Below, in pieces: positions 48,669 through 57,599 of a DNA stretch of 64,000 bases. This DNA comes from a virus. How positions within the stretch are numbered: the first letter of the stretch is position 1; each line of letters begins with the position of its first letter. Both the position numbers and the translations under genes were made by a program. Under the pieces are notes generated by a model that ran no database searches, was not told the DNA's origin, and saw only the letters and a program-made list of their open reading frames with translations. Location of the stretch: the IMG/VR virus record IMGVR_UViG_3300031952_002809, positions 57,554 to 121,553 of that record. One strand, 5' to 3'.

Positions 48669-48898
48669 ATGAGTACCTCCATAATCATTTCTTTTGTTTT
48701 ACTCTCTCCGTATTCATCTACCAAGTACTTAATAAGGAGAGGCTTTCTACTGTGCGGTGTTAATCTCCCTGTGCACACGGTACAACAATTTCCATTTAGA
48801 GGACAGAAGTGACAATCAACGTCAGCACAGCTACCTTCACTTTCTATTATATACAGTGCTGTTGTGGTGAGTATTCGTTTCGTTCTATATGTTTTCAT
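48665..48898 (-). CDS. Cys4 paralogue
   Basis: IIESEGSCADVDCHFCPLNGNC; YLVDEYGESKTKEMIMEVLI. Confidence 0.7.
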   Translation of the reverse strand: MKTYRTKRILTTTALYIIESEGSCADVDCHFCPLNGNCCTVCTGRLTPHSRKPLLIKYLVDEYGESKTKEMIMEVLI

Positions 48899-49146
48899 AT
48901 CAGTACCTCTATAAGTAGTTCTTTCGTTTCCTGTTCTCCATAGACTGCTATGAGATACTGGGCAAGGAGTGTTATTTTTGTGGAAGGTTTTTGGTTATAC
49001 AATATTTCTGCACAGAAATGTCTGTTGATGAAACAATCACTACAGTTTATATGTCCGCAATCGCCATTGTTTTTAATAGTGGTGATGGCATTCATTACCA
49101 TGTTATCTATTGGTGTGTGTTGAGTAAATACTTTAGCGTAGCTCAT
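48895..49146 (-). CDS. Cys4 paralogue
   Basis: IKNNGDCGHINCSDCFI..C; YLIAVYGEQETKELLIEVLI. Confidence 0.7.
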   Translation of the reverse strand: MSYAKVFTQHTPIDNMVMNAITTIKNNGDCGHINCSDCFINRHFCAEILYNQKPSTKITLLAQYLIAVYGEQETKELLIEVLI

Positions 49147-49625
49147 ATAAGAGCCTCCACTATTATTTCTTTAGCTTCCCTTTCACCGTATGTATTTATC
49201 AACCATTGAATAGCCATATCCTTATTGACATGTTCACATATACTGAGTAACCCCTTACCAAACTTATTCATATACCGCCTTTTATTATTACGTATTACTG
49301 TATGAATAGGACAATCAACACAATGTATACTTGAACAATCACCGTTATGACGGATAATAGACAGGACAATGCTCTTTTCAAAAGTACTACTATTCATTAC
49401 CTTATTGACATGCACAGTACTAGACTTATTAATTCCACTCACGTTGTTGCCCATAGAATTATTAATTCCAGACACAGTACTGATAGAATTATTAATTCCA
49501 CTCACGGTAGAATTATTAATTCCACTCACGTTACTGATAGAATTATTAATTCCACTCACGTTGTTGCCATTTTGGCTAATATTTGATCGAGCGAGAATTG
49601 TGTTTTTTTTATTTTTATTAACCAT
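49143..49625 (-). CDS. Cys4 paralogue with N-terminal VSGINNS repeats
   Basis: IIRHNGDCSSIHCVDCPI..C; WLINTYGEREAKEIIVEALI; start revised by RBS. Confidence 0.7.
   Translation of the reverse strand: MVNKNKKNTILARSNISQNGNNVSGINNSISNVSGINNSTVSGINNSISTVSGINNSMGNNVSGINKSSTVHVNKVMNSSTFEKSIVLSIIRHNGDCSSIHCVDCPIHTVIRNNKRRYMNKFGKGLLSICEHVNKDMAIQWLINTYGEREAKEIIVEALI
49423..49560. repeat. Five copies of GAATTATTAATTCCA(CTCACG)
   Basis: Copies at 49423 (variant), 49456, 49486, 49510, 49540; spacing 33/30/24/30. Confidence 0.9.
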
Positions 49626-49645
49626 AAGTTTCTCCATATGGATGT

Positions 49646-49674
49646 ATTATACCACACGACATAAACTTTGTCAA
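49646..49674 (-). promoter_or_regulatory. sigma70-type early promoter
   Basis: TTGACA-17-TATAAT, TGTG, upstream AAAAGCTA. Confidence 0.85.
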
Positions 49675-49741
49675 TAGCTTTTAAAAAGAATATGAAAAAA
49701 ATGCTATGTTATTCACGGCGGTCGGGGCTGCGGCAGATCCA

Positions 49742-49913
49742 CGCACAAAAGTGCGCCTCGAGGTCCCGGAGATTCCTGGTTCATACGTTGCCCAAAAGTG
49801 CGACTTTCATTAATACTATTCGTGATAATACTATCGCTGGTGGACATTAGCCCGCCCGGCGCACAAAAGTGCGACTGTTCCGAGCTGCCGCGATCAAGGC
49901 GCACAAAAGTGCG
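49742..49913. repeat. Cluster of four CGCACAAAAGTGCG boxes in GC-rich non-coding DNA
   Basis: 49742, 49789 (variant TGCCCAAAAGTGCG), 49860, 49900. Confidence 0.85.
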
Positions 49914-49956
49914 GCTTCTGATCCAGGGACCATTGTTTTTAAGATGATACAAAAGG

Positions 49957-49990
49957 AAAAACCCCGCAGGAGGTGTTTCCTGCGGGGTTT
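49957..49990 (-). terminator. Rho-independent terminator
   Basis: AAACCCCGCAGGA-loop-TCCTGCGGGGTTTTT on minus strand. Confidence 0.75.
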
Positions 49991-50182
49991 GGTTGGGAGG
50001 TAACTACTATGGGTAAGTAACATCCAACATCTGTATAGTACTTTTATAGATGCTAAGTACTCGTGGTAAGTAGAGTCCAACATCTGTATAGTACTTTGGT
50101 GGATGCCTTTGTTTTAAAATACCGTACCAAAATTTATATAGAATTTTTTCTAAAATTCATGTGCACAACCGACTCCTGACTC

Positions 50183-50683
50183 CTATGATTCAGGTAAGTC
50201 TTCGTGCCGCTTTCTATGGCACTTCTTACACAACCATACGACATCAAGATACTTTCCTTCCTCATACGATTCATGATGGCCCTCTGGCGTGCAGGGCTTC
50301 TCACACAAGGTGCAATGGTTTGGTCTGGTAAGAGTTCCCTTCTTTAGTGCAGAGTACACAGCATTACGTGCCGCCTTATGTGCAGGGTATCTCTTCCTTT
50401 GTATAGTTAAATACCGAGCATGATCTTTTGAGATGCCCCCCTTCCAGTTATTGTTGGCCTCTCCTTTCTTTGCCCGGCCACACATTTCACGTATAACAAG
50501 TTCATCCCGTTTAATATGGCACTTCTTACATATCTTACTGAGTGATTGAGGGGAAGCATTGAAGTGCTTGCAGAGTTCATCATTGGTCATTGTATTAATC
50601 AATGATTTGAGTTCAGTGATCTCTGTCTTTGTCCAGTGCTTCTGCCCCCGAGTTCGAATTCTCAATTCAATGCCCTCAAACAT
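50183..50683 (-). CDS. HNH-type endonuclease-like protein
   Basis: GEANNNWKGG; CTLC..GHHESY..LDVVWLCKKCH. Confidence 0.7.
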   Translation of the reverse strand: MFEGIELRIRTRGQKHWTKTEITELKSLINTMTNDELCKHFNASPQSLSKICKKCHIKRDELVIREMCGRAKKGEANNNWKGGISKDHARYLTIQRKRYPAHKAARNAVYSALKKGTLTRPNHCTLCEKPCTPEGHHESYEEGKYLDVVWLCKKCHRKRHEDLPES

Positions 50684-51144
50684 TTCTGGATTGGTGCAAA
50701 CCTGATGAGCTGAGCATCGTCAATCTTGATAGAGTCACCCAGAACAATCTCATCATCTTCTCGTTCAAATTGTCTGCAGAGCATAGATGCTCCCTTGCGA
50801 GTTATCTCAATAATTTGATATACTTCCACACGATCCAGCGTGTCTCTGTAACTAGCTGTCTGCATCATTCTTTTCAGTTCTTTCTCAGTTATATCTTTCG
50901 GCATAACATAACTCCATGCCTCTGATACAATGTATACTTTGTAGATTCCTTTCTCAGGTATGTATGAACAAAGAGTAGCCACCAGCCTGTCTTTCTCTTC
51001 ATCAGATCCCATGTAATCGCTGGCATCAAATACCTCCGTGCCTGCACCGGTGCACATGAATATCACAGGTACCAGGTAGCCATCATTCTTTAGATTATGT
51101 TCAATAGTGTGCTGCAATGTTTCTAGTGAGACGTCTTCTTTCAT
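50662..51144 (-). CDS. Hypothetical protein
   Basis: VSEAW..DRVEV; RBS AGGAGG. Confidence 0.6.
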   Translation of the reverse strand: MKEDVSLETLQHTIEHNLKNDGYLVPVIFMCTGAGTEVFDASDYMGSDEEKDRLVATLCSYIPEKGIYKVYIVSEAWSYVMPKDITEKELKRMMQTASYRDTLDRVEVYQIIEITRKGASMLCRQFEREDDEIVLGDSIKIDDAQLIRFAPIQKCLRALN

Positions 51145-51153
51145 AGTGCCTCC

Positions 51154-51387
51154 TTAAATGTTATACTCAACAATGAGTTCCTTGATGATAGGTACCAATT
51201 CTTCTTTATACACTTCAAAGAGTATCCCATCTGCAGTTCCTTCGTCGTGCTTAAAATCTTGATACCACTTCCATCCAGCCTTTTGAAGTTTTTCAGTCAA
51301 TCTACGAGCAACAACAATATGCATGTCTCTTGGTGCAGGGGACAATACAAAAGAAAATATAGGGATTGACCCATGCATTTCAGTCAC
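51154..51387 (-). CDS. Hypothetical protein (tail KELIVEYNI)
   Basis: GTGA-coupled to upstream ORF. Confidence 0.55.
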   Translation of the reverse strand: MTEMHGSIPIFSFVLSPAPRDMHIVVARRLTEKLQKAGWKWYQDFKHDEGTADGILFEVYKEELVPIIKELIVEYNI

Positions 51388-51533
51388 GCTGTGCTCCTTT
51401 TTTCCTGAAAGTCTCTTCCTTTGCAGACAGAGCAGACCTTCGGTTTTGTTGCATCCGTATCCGTATGCAACGTAATAATATGACTACATTTCTTACACAC
51501 GTATTTCTTTACAGTGGGCTGATACTTCACCAT
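51384..51533 (-). CDS. Zinc-ribbon protein (49 aa, not in ORF track)
   Basis: MVKYQPTVKKYVCKKCSH..KPKVCSVCKG; RBS TGGAGGAACTT. Confidence 0.7.
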   Translation of the reverse strand: MVKYQPTVKKYVCKKCSHIITLHTDTDATKPKVCSVCKGRDFQEKRSTA

Positions 51534-51550
51534 AAGTTCCTCCATTTCAG

Positions 51551-51579
51551 ATTATATCATATGATGTATATTCTGTCAA
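51551..51579 (-). promoter_or_regulatory. sigma70-type early promoter
   Basis: TTGACA-17-TATAAT with TATG extended -10. Confidence 0.8.
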
Positions 51580-51688
51580 GCATTTTATTTAAAAGCTTTT
51601 AAAAAGTTTTAATTAAAAACTTGATCACTGTAAATAAAAATACAAGCAGGGCACCAAATTTTTAGTTTGGTGCCAAGCTTCTATTCTC

Positions 51689-52552
51689 TTACTGAAATAC
51701 GAAAGTAAAGGGTAATGTAATTGTTTCTGGAAGTCCCAGGTCAGTCCGACTGATAGCTTCATACTCATATCCAGTCATCGAGCTGGGGTCGTTTGAGCAT
51801 GCACCATTCGCCCCAGAAGATTCGTAGTAGTAGCTCTGGTATGACATCGAAGCTGTTGTCGTGGACTTACGTTTGTAAAACTGATTCTTAATTTTGTTGT
51901 ACATAACCTTGCCAATCGCAGCTTCACTTAGAATCTCATGCCTCACCCGAACTGTTCCAGTGCAGCCAGTACCTGAATAAAAAATAGGTATGTCCCCTGC
52001 TAAACTGTTGTAATGAATCTCAGTAGCATCACCACTATCAACAACACTGAATCCTACAAGAAATCCTGTTGATGTAAACAGATGATCGCTTCCAAGAGCG
52101 TAGCCAAGATAGTTCGAATTCGCATCAATGATTTTAACATAGCGGCCTTGCACCAAGATCACCCACGTACTTCCATTATAAATGTAACTATTTCCAGTCA
52201 CAGTATTGAAGTATGCTTGATTGAGTGATGGGCTTGCCGGATCACTATCGAATGAACCAAGCCATTGAATTGAAACACCATTGCTTCCATTAGAACCAGC
52301 AACACCATCCTGTGCAATCAACCGCCATGCTGTGCCATCACAGAAGTATCCAGCACCATTCGTAGTATTACGATAGGCATCATACTCATGTGTCGCGTCA
52401 CAAGCATAAGGCTCTGCGCCATAGTCACCAATCCATTCGAACCGAAGGCTATCCGGTTCACCAACCACAGATGTTGTCACCCCACCAGGAACTGCTGTGT
52501 CATCACATGCTACCCATGTGAGCACCACTAAGAGAAAGAGAAGTTTCTTCAT
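51689..52552 (-). CDS. Lipoprotein with WxGS..P.LNxAY.N domain
   Basis: MKKLLFLLVVLTWVA-C lipobox-like; repeat similar to the 5398 ORF. Confidence 0.7.
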   Translation of the reverse strand: MKKLLFLLVVLTWVACDDTAVPGGVTTSVVGEPDSLRFEWIGDYGAEPYACDATHEYDAYRNTTNGAGYFCDGTAWRLIAQDGVAGSNGSNGVSIQWLGSFDSDPASPSLNQAYFNTVTGNSYIYNGSTWVILVQGRYVKIIDANSNYLGYALGSDHLFTSTGFLVGFSVVDSGDATEIHYNSLAGDIPIFYSGTGCTGTVRVRHEILSEAAIGKVMYNKIKNQFYKRKSTTTASMSYQSYYYESSGANGACSNDPSSMTGYEYEAISRTDLGLPETITLPFTFVFQ

Positions 52553-52618
52553 ACTATGTACCTCCATACATTGTAATTAGGTCACGACTGCCTTGCACGC
52601 AAAGCAGTCTAAAAGTAA

Positions 52619-52981
52619 TTACACAAGCTCCTCGAAGAGCGCATCTCTTGATATCTCTTTGCCACGTTCAAAGGGAAACACTGTTTCACCAAGAACGTAG
52701 AACCATTCTCCCCTGTTCTTCCGTACAACCACAGGAGAATACCGATTGATACGTTCGCTTGACAGCTTTGTCCACCAGCCGCCGTTATCAAGTATCCAGC
52801 GGTTACCAGGAAGCACTGACACGATGTCAGTGTTCCATAAGCGAACATGATACGACTCACCGTCGAAGTACAGGTATGTATTCTTGGCCAGCTTCTTTGC
52901 TTTGCAGCCATCAACCACTGCCCTGCCCTTCTTAATCATCTCAGAACACTTTTCATACGTTAAACAATTCTCGTTAAACAT
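52619..52981 (-). CDS. Hypothetical phage protein (tail RDALFEELV)
   Basis: KLAKNTYL..LWNTDIV..LDNGGW; RBS GGAGGTAACTT. Confidence 0.7.
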   Translation of the reverse strand: MFNENCLTYEKCSEMIKKGRAVVDGCKAKKLAKNTYLYFDGESYHVRLWNTDIVSVLPGNRWILDNGGWWTKLSSERINRYSPVVVRKNRGEWFYVLGETVFPFERGKEISRDALFEELV

Positions 52982-52984
52982 AAG

Positions 52985-53275
52985 TTACCTCCGTAGTAAA
53001 CTTGATCTGACTCGAATTGCCGAGCCATCATACCTTGAGCATAAGTCCACCAGCTCTTTAGGTATCATGGTTACAGTAATTTCTACTGATACGTTTCGAT
53101 GTGTAAATGAACCAACCAAATTGATCGATGCAGAAATTTCCCTTGACGAGATTGACAGTCCCGTGATGTTATGCACCACGTCAGCAATCAATTCCACTGT
53201 TGGATAGATTCCAATGAAAGGAGCTATCAAGGGATTGTTGTTAATATATATTCCGTACATGTATGTAACCCTCAC
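52985..53275 (-). CDS. Hypothetical protein
   Basis: Fills gap; start possibly 53260. Confidence 0.4.
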   Translation of the reverse strand: MRVTYMYGIYINNNPLIAPFIGIYPTVELIADVVHNITGLSISSREISASINLVGSFTHRNVSVEITVTMIPKELVDLCSRYDGSAIRVRSSLLRR

Positions 53276-53313
53276 TCTACAGGGCAGGGGAGTGATTCCC
53301 CTGCCCTCTGACT

Positions 53314-53961
53314 TTACTTAGGATCACCGCTATACTTGATGAGCTCATTCACACGAGCCACATCATTCTTTTCGTAGCACAGCCGACATTCATTACAACT
53401 CTTTGCACAGTTGATCTTGATGTCAGCATGTTCACGAATGAATGGCCTTGAGTAGACACTGAATGCCTTATCAAAACCCTTTGGGAGTTTCGGCTTGAGC
53501 TCATTCAATCTGAGTGTTGAGAATACATGAATGAGATTCTTAAGCCTGATCAGACCGCCGTCACGAACGACTGCAAGATGCTTTGTCCACAAGGTAAACA
53601 TTGTTCTCGGGTTCGCTTCTGCAATCTTTACAAGATTCTTGTAGTGAACCCGATTGATTAGCTCACCGTGTGCAGAATACCTGAACACTTGCTGATTGAT
53701 GATAGGAAGCTCCCTATCTTTCAGCACGTTCTCTGACAGCACATGGTAATTGTTTACCCATGCAGTATGGCAGTTGACCTGCATCTTTTCCTTGCTCTTT
53801 GTGTAGCACGACTTGCAGATCACACCAGCACATTCACGCATCTTAAGACAGAATGGATTGATGTTTGCCGATGTGTTCAGTGACCACATCCCTTCCATCT
53901 TTCCACTCATCTCGTTTGTGATTCCGAATGATTGACCATTGAGAAGCGCACAGTGAATCAT
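53314..53961 (-). CDS. GP88-like Cys-rich protein
   Basis: SGKM..SLNT..C..ICKSCY, FRYSAHGE, LWTK, C..SCNECRLCY. Confidence 0.55.
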   Translation of the reverse strand: MIHCALLNGQSFGITNEMSGKMEGMWSLNTSANINPFCLKMRECAGVICKSCYTKSKEKMQVNCHTAWVNNYHVLSENVLKDRELPIINQQVFRYSAHGELINRVHYKNLVKIAEANPRTMFTLWTKHLAVVRDGGLIRLKNLIHVFSTLRLNELKPKLPKGFDKAFSVYSRPFIREHADIKINCAKSCNECRLCYEKNDVARVNELIKYSGDPK

Positions 53962-53985
53962 AAGCTACCTCCATAACCTAGACGT

Positions 53986-54014
53986 ATTGTATCACAAAAA
54001 TTGTGATTTGTCAA
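53986..54014 (-). promoter_or_regulatory. sigma70-type early promoter
   Basis: TTGACA-17-TACAAT, upstream AAAAGCTA. Confidence 0.8.
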
Positions 54015-54060
54015 TAGCTTTTGAAAATAAAATAAAATAAAATAATGGCGAGGGGGGAAA

Positions 54061-54495
54061 TTATTCCCCCAGTAATTTGTGAGTAACAACCTCCGCTAAC
54101 TCAGCACATCCATTAGTTTCTTCCAGATAGACTTCAACCAATTCTTGAATGTCTTCTTTATTAAGTGGCAAAACTTTTGTGATGTAGAGTGTCCAGTAGT
54201 CATTGCCACTAATCATAAAAGCATCACAGAACGCAGCCTTTACTTTTTTCTTCTTTGCGAACGCTTCCATTATTTCAAGGAATACTTCTTGCTCATTGTC
54301 CCGCAAAGATTCTTCAATGAAACTTTGAAACTTCTTCTCTGCAGACATCCCTTTAAATTCTTCCTTCATGTCATCACAGAATTCTTTGAAGTCATTCTTG
54401 TAAAGGCTCTTTGCAATCTTACGAAGCTCTTGATCTTCAAGAAACTCATCGAGTCCACTAGTTGTCCATGAGCAAGCATTTTGTACTGTCAACAT
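54061..54495 (-). CDS. Acidic hypothetical protein
   Basis: Start revised (MLTVQN; RBS AAGGAGG). Confidence 0.6.
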   Translation of the reverse strand: MLTVQNACSWTTSGLDEFLEDQELRKIAKSLYKNDFKEFCDDMKEEFKGMSAEKKFQSFIEESLRDNEQEVFLEIMEAFAKKKKVKAAFCDAFMISGNDYWTLYITKVLPLNKEDIQELVEVYLEETNGCAELAEVVTHKLLGE

Positions 54496-54551
54496 AGGCC
54501 CTCCTTCCCCGGCGCCCGCGCCGCACAAAAGTGCGACACTGCACCAGGATT

Positions 54552-54875
54552 TCAAATTCTTTCTTCTACTATCTTACTCTGTATAAACTGCTGACCTTCC
54601 TCAGTCAGTCTATACAAAACTCGATACTTGTAGTAGTTGTAGTTTCTTTTACCACAACCAAGCTTGCGAACATTTCTCCAATACTGTGAACATATTGCTG
54701 GGAACGTTTCAGTTCCTTGTGTTCCACTGAATGTTACCTTGAGAAGATCACCAGTAGTAACATTGTGGGTATTTGAATAATCATATTCGGCCACAACGTA
54801 TTGCTTCTGGTTAAGCTCTTCAAGAAAGTCTCCGTCCCATTCAGGAAACGTTGCGATTCTTTTAACTCGTAGCAT
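54552..54875 (-). CDS. Hypothetical protein (tail QSKIVEERI)
   Basis: RBS TGGAGGTAAC. Confidence 0.65.
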   Translation of the reverse strand: MLRVKRIATFPEWDGDFLEELNQKQYVVAEYDYSNTHNVTTGDLLKVTFSGTQGTETFPAICSQYWRNVRKLGCGKRNYNYYKYRVLYRLTEEGQQFIQSKIVEERI

Positions 54876-54950
54876 ACGTTACCTCCATTGACCTGTCTCA
54901 TCAGTTGCAGTAGGTCATCTCTGCAAGAGCATCCCGAAGGATGCTTTCGA

Positions 54951-55103
54951 CTAGATGTCTTCTGACTTGTACGGGGAGATGTGCCTCATGCCGCAGTGAG
55001 GACAGTCATCATCACATGTACTGTCCCACTCATCCTCCCATTCAGTCTCACATTGAGGGCAGCGATAGAAGTTACGAAACCTGAGCTCCACTTCCTTTGA
55101 CAT
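54951..55103 (-). CDS. Zinc-ribbon protein (50 aa, not in ORF track)
   Basis: FYRCPQCETEWEDEWDSTCDDDCPHCG; RBS TGGAGGTAA; TGATG overlap. Confidence 0.7.
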   Translation of the reverse strand: MSKEVELRFRNFYRCPQCETEWEDEWDSTCDDDCPHCGMRHISPYKSEDI

Positions 55104-55732
55104 CACTTACCTCCATCAAGCTTGTGATCGATAACCTCTTTCAAGGGATCGTCGAGATAGTCATTAACAATGCGAGTGACTCGACCAGCATCGGCATCAT
55201 CCAGATAGAATGATACACGCCGCCTCTCACTCACGACATTGTTTACAATCTCAATCTGTCCGGCATCTTCATCATCCTCACCTTGCCATGTGACTGTACC
55301 ATTCAGTTTGTAGCCACGAGGATCGAGAACCTTTTCTATCAAGTACTTGATCCACTCAACATACTTATAGAATTTTTCACCGCCGTCCCATTCGATTGTT
55401 TGCTTGTCCTCTTGAATAGACCATTGACACCACAATCCTGGTTGAGTCTTTGGTGGTGTGTTGTAGTCGATGATGTCCTGTGTGTGACTTTGCCCACTGT
55501 CCCCAGAATCACCAATCCAAAACTCACCTTCCACACCAAATTCTTTCTCCCATTGAGCGGCAATCTCTTTCGTCACTCTCTTAACCTTGCCGACATACAC
55601 ACGACGACCGAGCTTGCGAATGTCACGTTGCATCCTCCGAGTAGATGCAAGACCATGCAATAAATTGTAGGTCTCATCATCCACTGGCTTATCCACCCTG
55701 AAATACCCATTGAACGTGGTTGAATATCCCAT
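55103..55732 (-). CDS. Conserved-looking phage hypothetical protein
   Basis: MGYSTTFNG..QPGLWCQW..WDGGEKFY..W..YLI..LNG..WQGED. Confidence 0.7.
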   Translation of the reverse strand: MGYSTTFNGYFRVDKPVDDETYNLLHGLASTRRMQRDIRKLGRRVYVGKVKRVTKEIAAQWEKEFGVEGEFWIGDSGDSGQSHTQDIIDYNTPPKTQPGLWCQWSIQEDKQTIEWDGGEKFYKYVEWIKYLIEKVLDPRGYKLNGTVTWQGEDDEDAGQIEIVNNVVSERRRVSFYLDDADAGRVTRIVNDYLDDPLKEVIDHKLDGGK

Positions 55733-55800
55733 GCTTTATTACCTCCCAGTAATTAGGATAAAAAGTTGCCCTTGAGATCAAGGGCAGTAATTTATCCCAA

Positions 55801-56013
55801 CTAAATCAGCTCTGCCATTGCATCAGCTTTGTGCGTCGGGTCATCTTGCAAAGCCAATGTTGCAAAGATTGTCAGACACTTGCCACATATAATGTAGATG
55901 TGCCTGTTCTTTACAAGGTGCAGATACTTTGTCCCACGCGGGACAGGCACTCCACAGTGGTCACATGCTCGACCAATTGTTTGTGCTGTCACCAATTCCG
56001 TATAACCTTTCAT
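55801..56013 (-). CDS. Zinc-finger protein (tail KADAMAELI)
   Basis: CDHC..VPRGTKY..ICGKC. Confidence 0.7.
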   Translation of the reverse strand: MKGYTELVTAQTIGRACDHCGVPVPRGTKYLHLVKNRHIYIICGKCLTIFATLALQDDPTHKADAMAELI

Positions 56014-56039
56014 ACTGTTACCTCCATGTCTATTAATGT

Positions 56040-56068
56040 AGTATACCGCACTTTTGTGCGTTTGTCAA
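56040..56068 (-). promoter_or_regulatory. sigma70-type promoter with CGCACAAAAGTGCG in the spacer
   Basis: TTGACA-AACGCACAAAAGTGCGG-TATACT. Confidence 0.85.
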
Positions 56069-56100
56069 TAGCTTTTTAAAAGATTTTTATAAATAATTGC

Positions 56101-56134
56101 AAAAAAAAGTAAAGCCCCCGTTTCCGAGGGCTTT
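56101..56134 (-). terminator. Rho-independent terminator
   Basis: AAAGCCCTCG-GAAA-CGGGGGCTTT followed by U tract. Confidence 0.75.
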
Positions 56135-56400
56135 TAAAGGAAGAGATCGAACACTGTCCCACGTTGTTGTGGTGTTTTGGCCAGTTCCTCAAAATCTGGT
56201 TTGTCTAAGGAAAATACTCCGAAGGCAGCCCATCCAGAAATATTGTTTCGTATTATTTCTGGAAGCTTCACTACAACTTCTCTCACTGCTGTTTTCCATC
56301 GAGTGCTTTGGCAATGTTGTATGAATGTTTCTTCATTACCTAACGAGTTTGTATAAAAGATATACACCATATAATTGTATACATCTACATACTTTTTCAT
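56134..56400 (-). CDS. Hypothetical protein
   Basis: ATGA-coupled. Confidence 0.55.
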   Translation of the reverse strand: MKKYVDVYNYMVYIFYTNSLGNEETFIQHCQSTRWKTAVREVVVKLPEIIRNNISGWAAFGVFSLDKPDFEELAKTPQQRGTVFDLFL

Positions 56401-56777
56401 ACTAGTTCCTCCAGCAGTATCTCTTTGAGTTGTGGATCACTTAAAGGAATGCCCCATGCTGCATGGATGTCTATACTAGCAGGAATTGTGTTATACTTTT
56501 CACGCCACAGCTTAATAAGTTCTTCTGCTCGCCTGATTTGTACAACTACCTGCTTGAGTACCGAAGTTCCCTCTCCTTCATGTGTTGTATTTCCGCATAA
56601 AGGGCAGACATACGCATCAAAGTTTTCCTCACTGAACTCATCACTGAACTCCTCACTTACGTACACCCCATACTTATCCAGATTTGTACTGGCGTACAAG
56701 TAGTACCTCTTGTCAGGTTTCATCAGCAGTATCTTGCAATCGGGACAGATGTACAGATACATTGTTTTTTCTTTCAT
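56397..56777 (-). CDS. Zinc-ribbon protein (tail KEILLEELV)
   Basis: ICPDC..VCPLCG. Confidence 0.65.
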   Translation of the reverse strand: MKEKTMYLYICPDCKILLMKPDKRYYLYASTNLDKYGVYVSEEFSDEFSEENFDAYVCPLCGNTTHEGEGTSVLKQVVVQIRRAEELIKLWREKYNTIPASIDIHAAWGIPLSDPQLKEILLEELV

Positions 56778-56867
56778 CGTTACCTCCTTATTTTAAAATA
56801 ATGAAAAAGAAATTGTGTGAAGTTTTTTCACACAATTCAGTGTTAATGTTGTGCCGACTCCCTTCCC

Positions 56868-57575
56868 CTACACAAGCTCTTCAACCAGCATACTAATAAC
56901 TTCTTTGTCATCTTTTGTTACAGGGCGTAAGTTCTTCACTATCCACTGACAATGAAATCTACCCCTCTTGAAACTCTTACCATACATATAATGCTGACCT
57001 CCTCTAACCGCACTTCTTCCAGATGTTCTTCTTTTTATCATGAGCCCACGATCAGGAGAACAGTTAAGAAGATTTGTATCATACTCAAATGTGTAATACT
57101 TCCCCTTCGCATCTTTAATGAAATACAAAGAGGTACGATCGTCCTCTTTTATAACTTTTAGTTCCTTCACCATAATCTGTGCGGGAAGGACATACACATC
57201 TTTTCTATCAGAGATAGGTTGCCATTGTTCCCGTGCAATATCCTCCTCTGAAAGATTTACCCGATACACCTCAGAGAGTAACTTTCCCTTTGAGTTGAGT
57301 GCTGTTACTGTGTACGCTACTTCAAGATCACAGTACATAGAAGTAGCACACGACCGGATGTCTGTTACCTGCCAGAGTTGCCCTTTGCTACTGAATAGTT
57401 GACCCATCTTCCATGTAGCCATATCATTAACCAGCGTGAGCATTTCTTCCCGCTTCGCCCGTATTAATTCAATGGCTTGTGCTTCAGCATCGTTAGCTCG
57501 TGCTTCAGCATCTTTAATTCTGTCGTCATACGTATCCAGTATCCGCTTAAGCTCTTCTTTGTGTTCCCTTTTCAT
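56868..57575 (-). CDS. Hypothetical protein (tail ISMLVEELV)
   Basis: First gene after promoter. Confidence 0.65.
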   Translation of the reverse strand: MKREHKEELKRILDTYDDRIKDAEARANDAEAQAIELIRAKREEMLTLVNDMATWKMGQLFSSKGQLWQVTDIRSCATSMYCDLEVAYTVTALNSKGKLLSEVYRVNLSEEDIAREQWQPISDRKDVYVLPAQIMVKELKVIKEDDRTSLYFIKDAKGKYYTFEYDTNLLNCSPDRGLMIKRRTSGRSAVRGGQHYMYGKSFKRGRFHCQWIVKNLRPVTKDDKEVISMLVEELV

Positions 57576-57599
57576 ACCGTCACCTCCATTAACTTATTT

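Noticed and set aside
49423-49560. Mini CRISPR array
   Set aside because: Intervening segments are only a few bases, partly repeated, all in frame within an ORF; no cas genes.
49713-50083. ORFs 49713-49952 and 49847-50083
   Set aside because: They run across repeat boxes and a terminator without an RBS; treated as non-coding.
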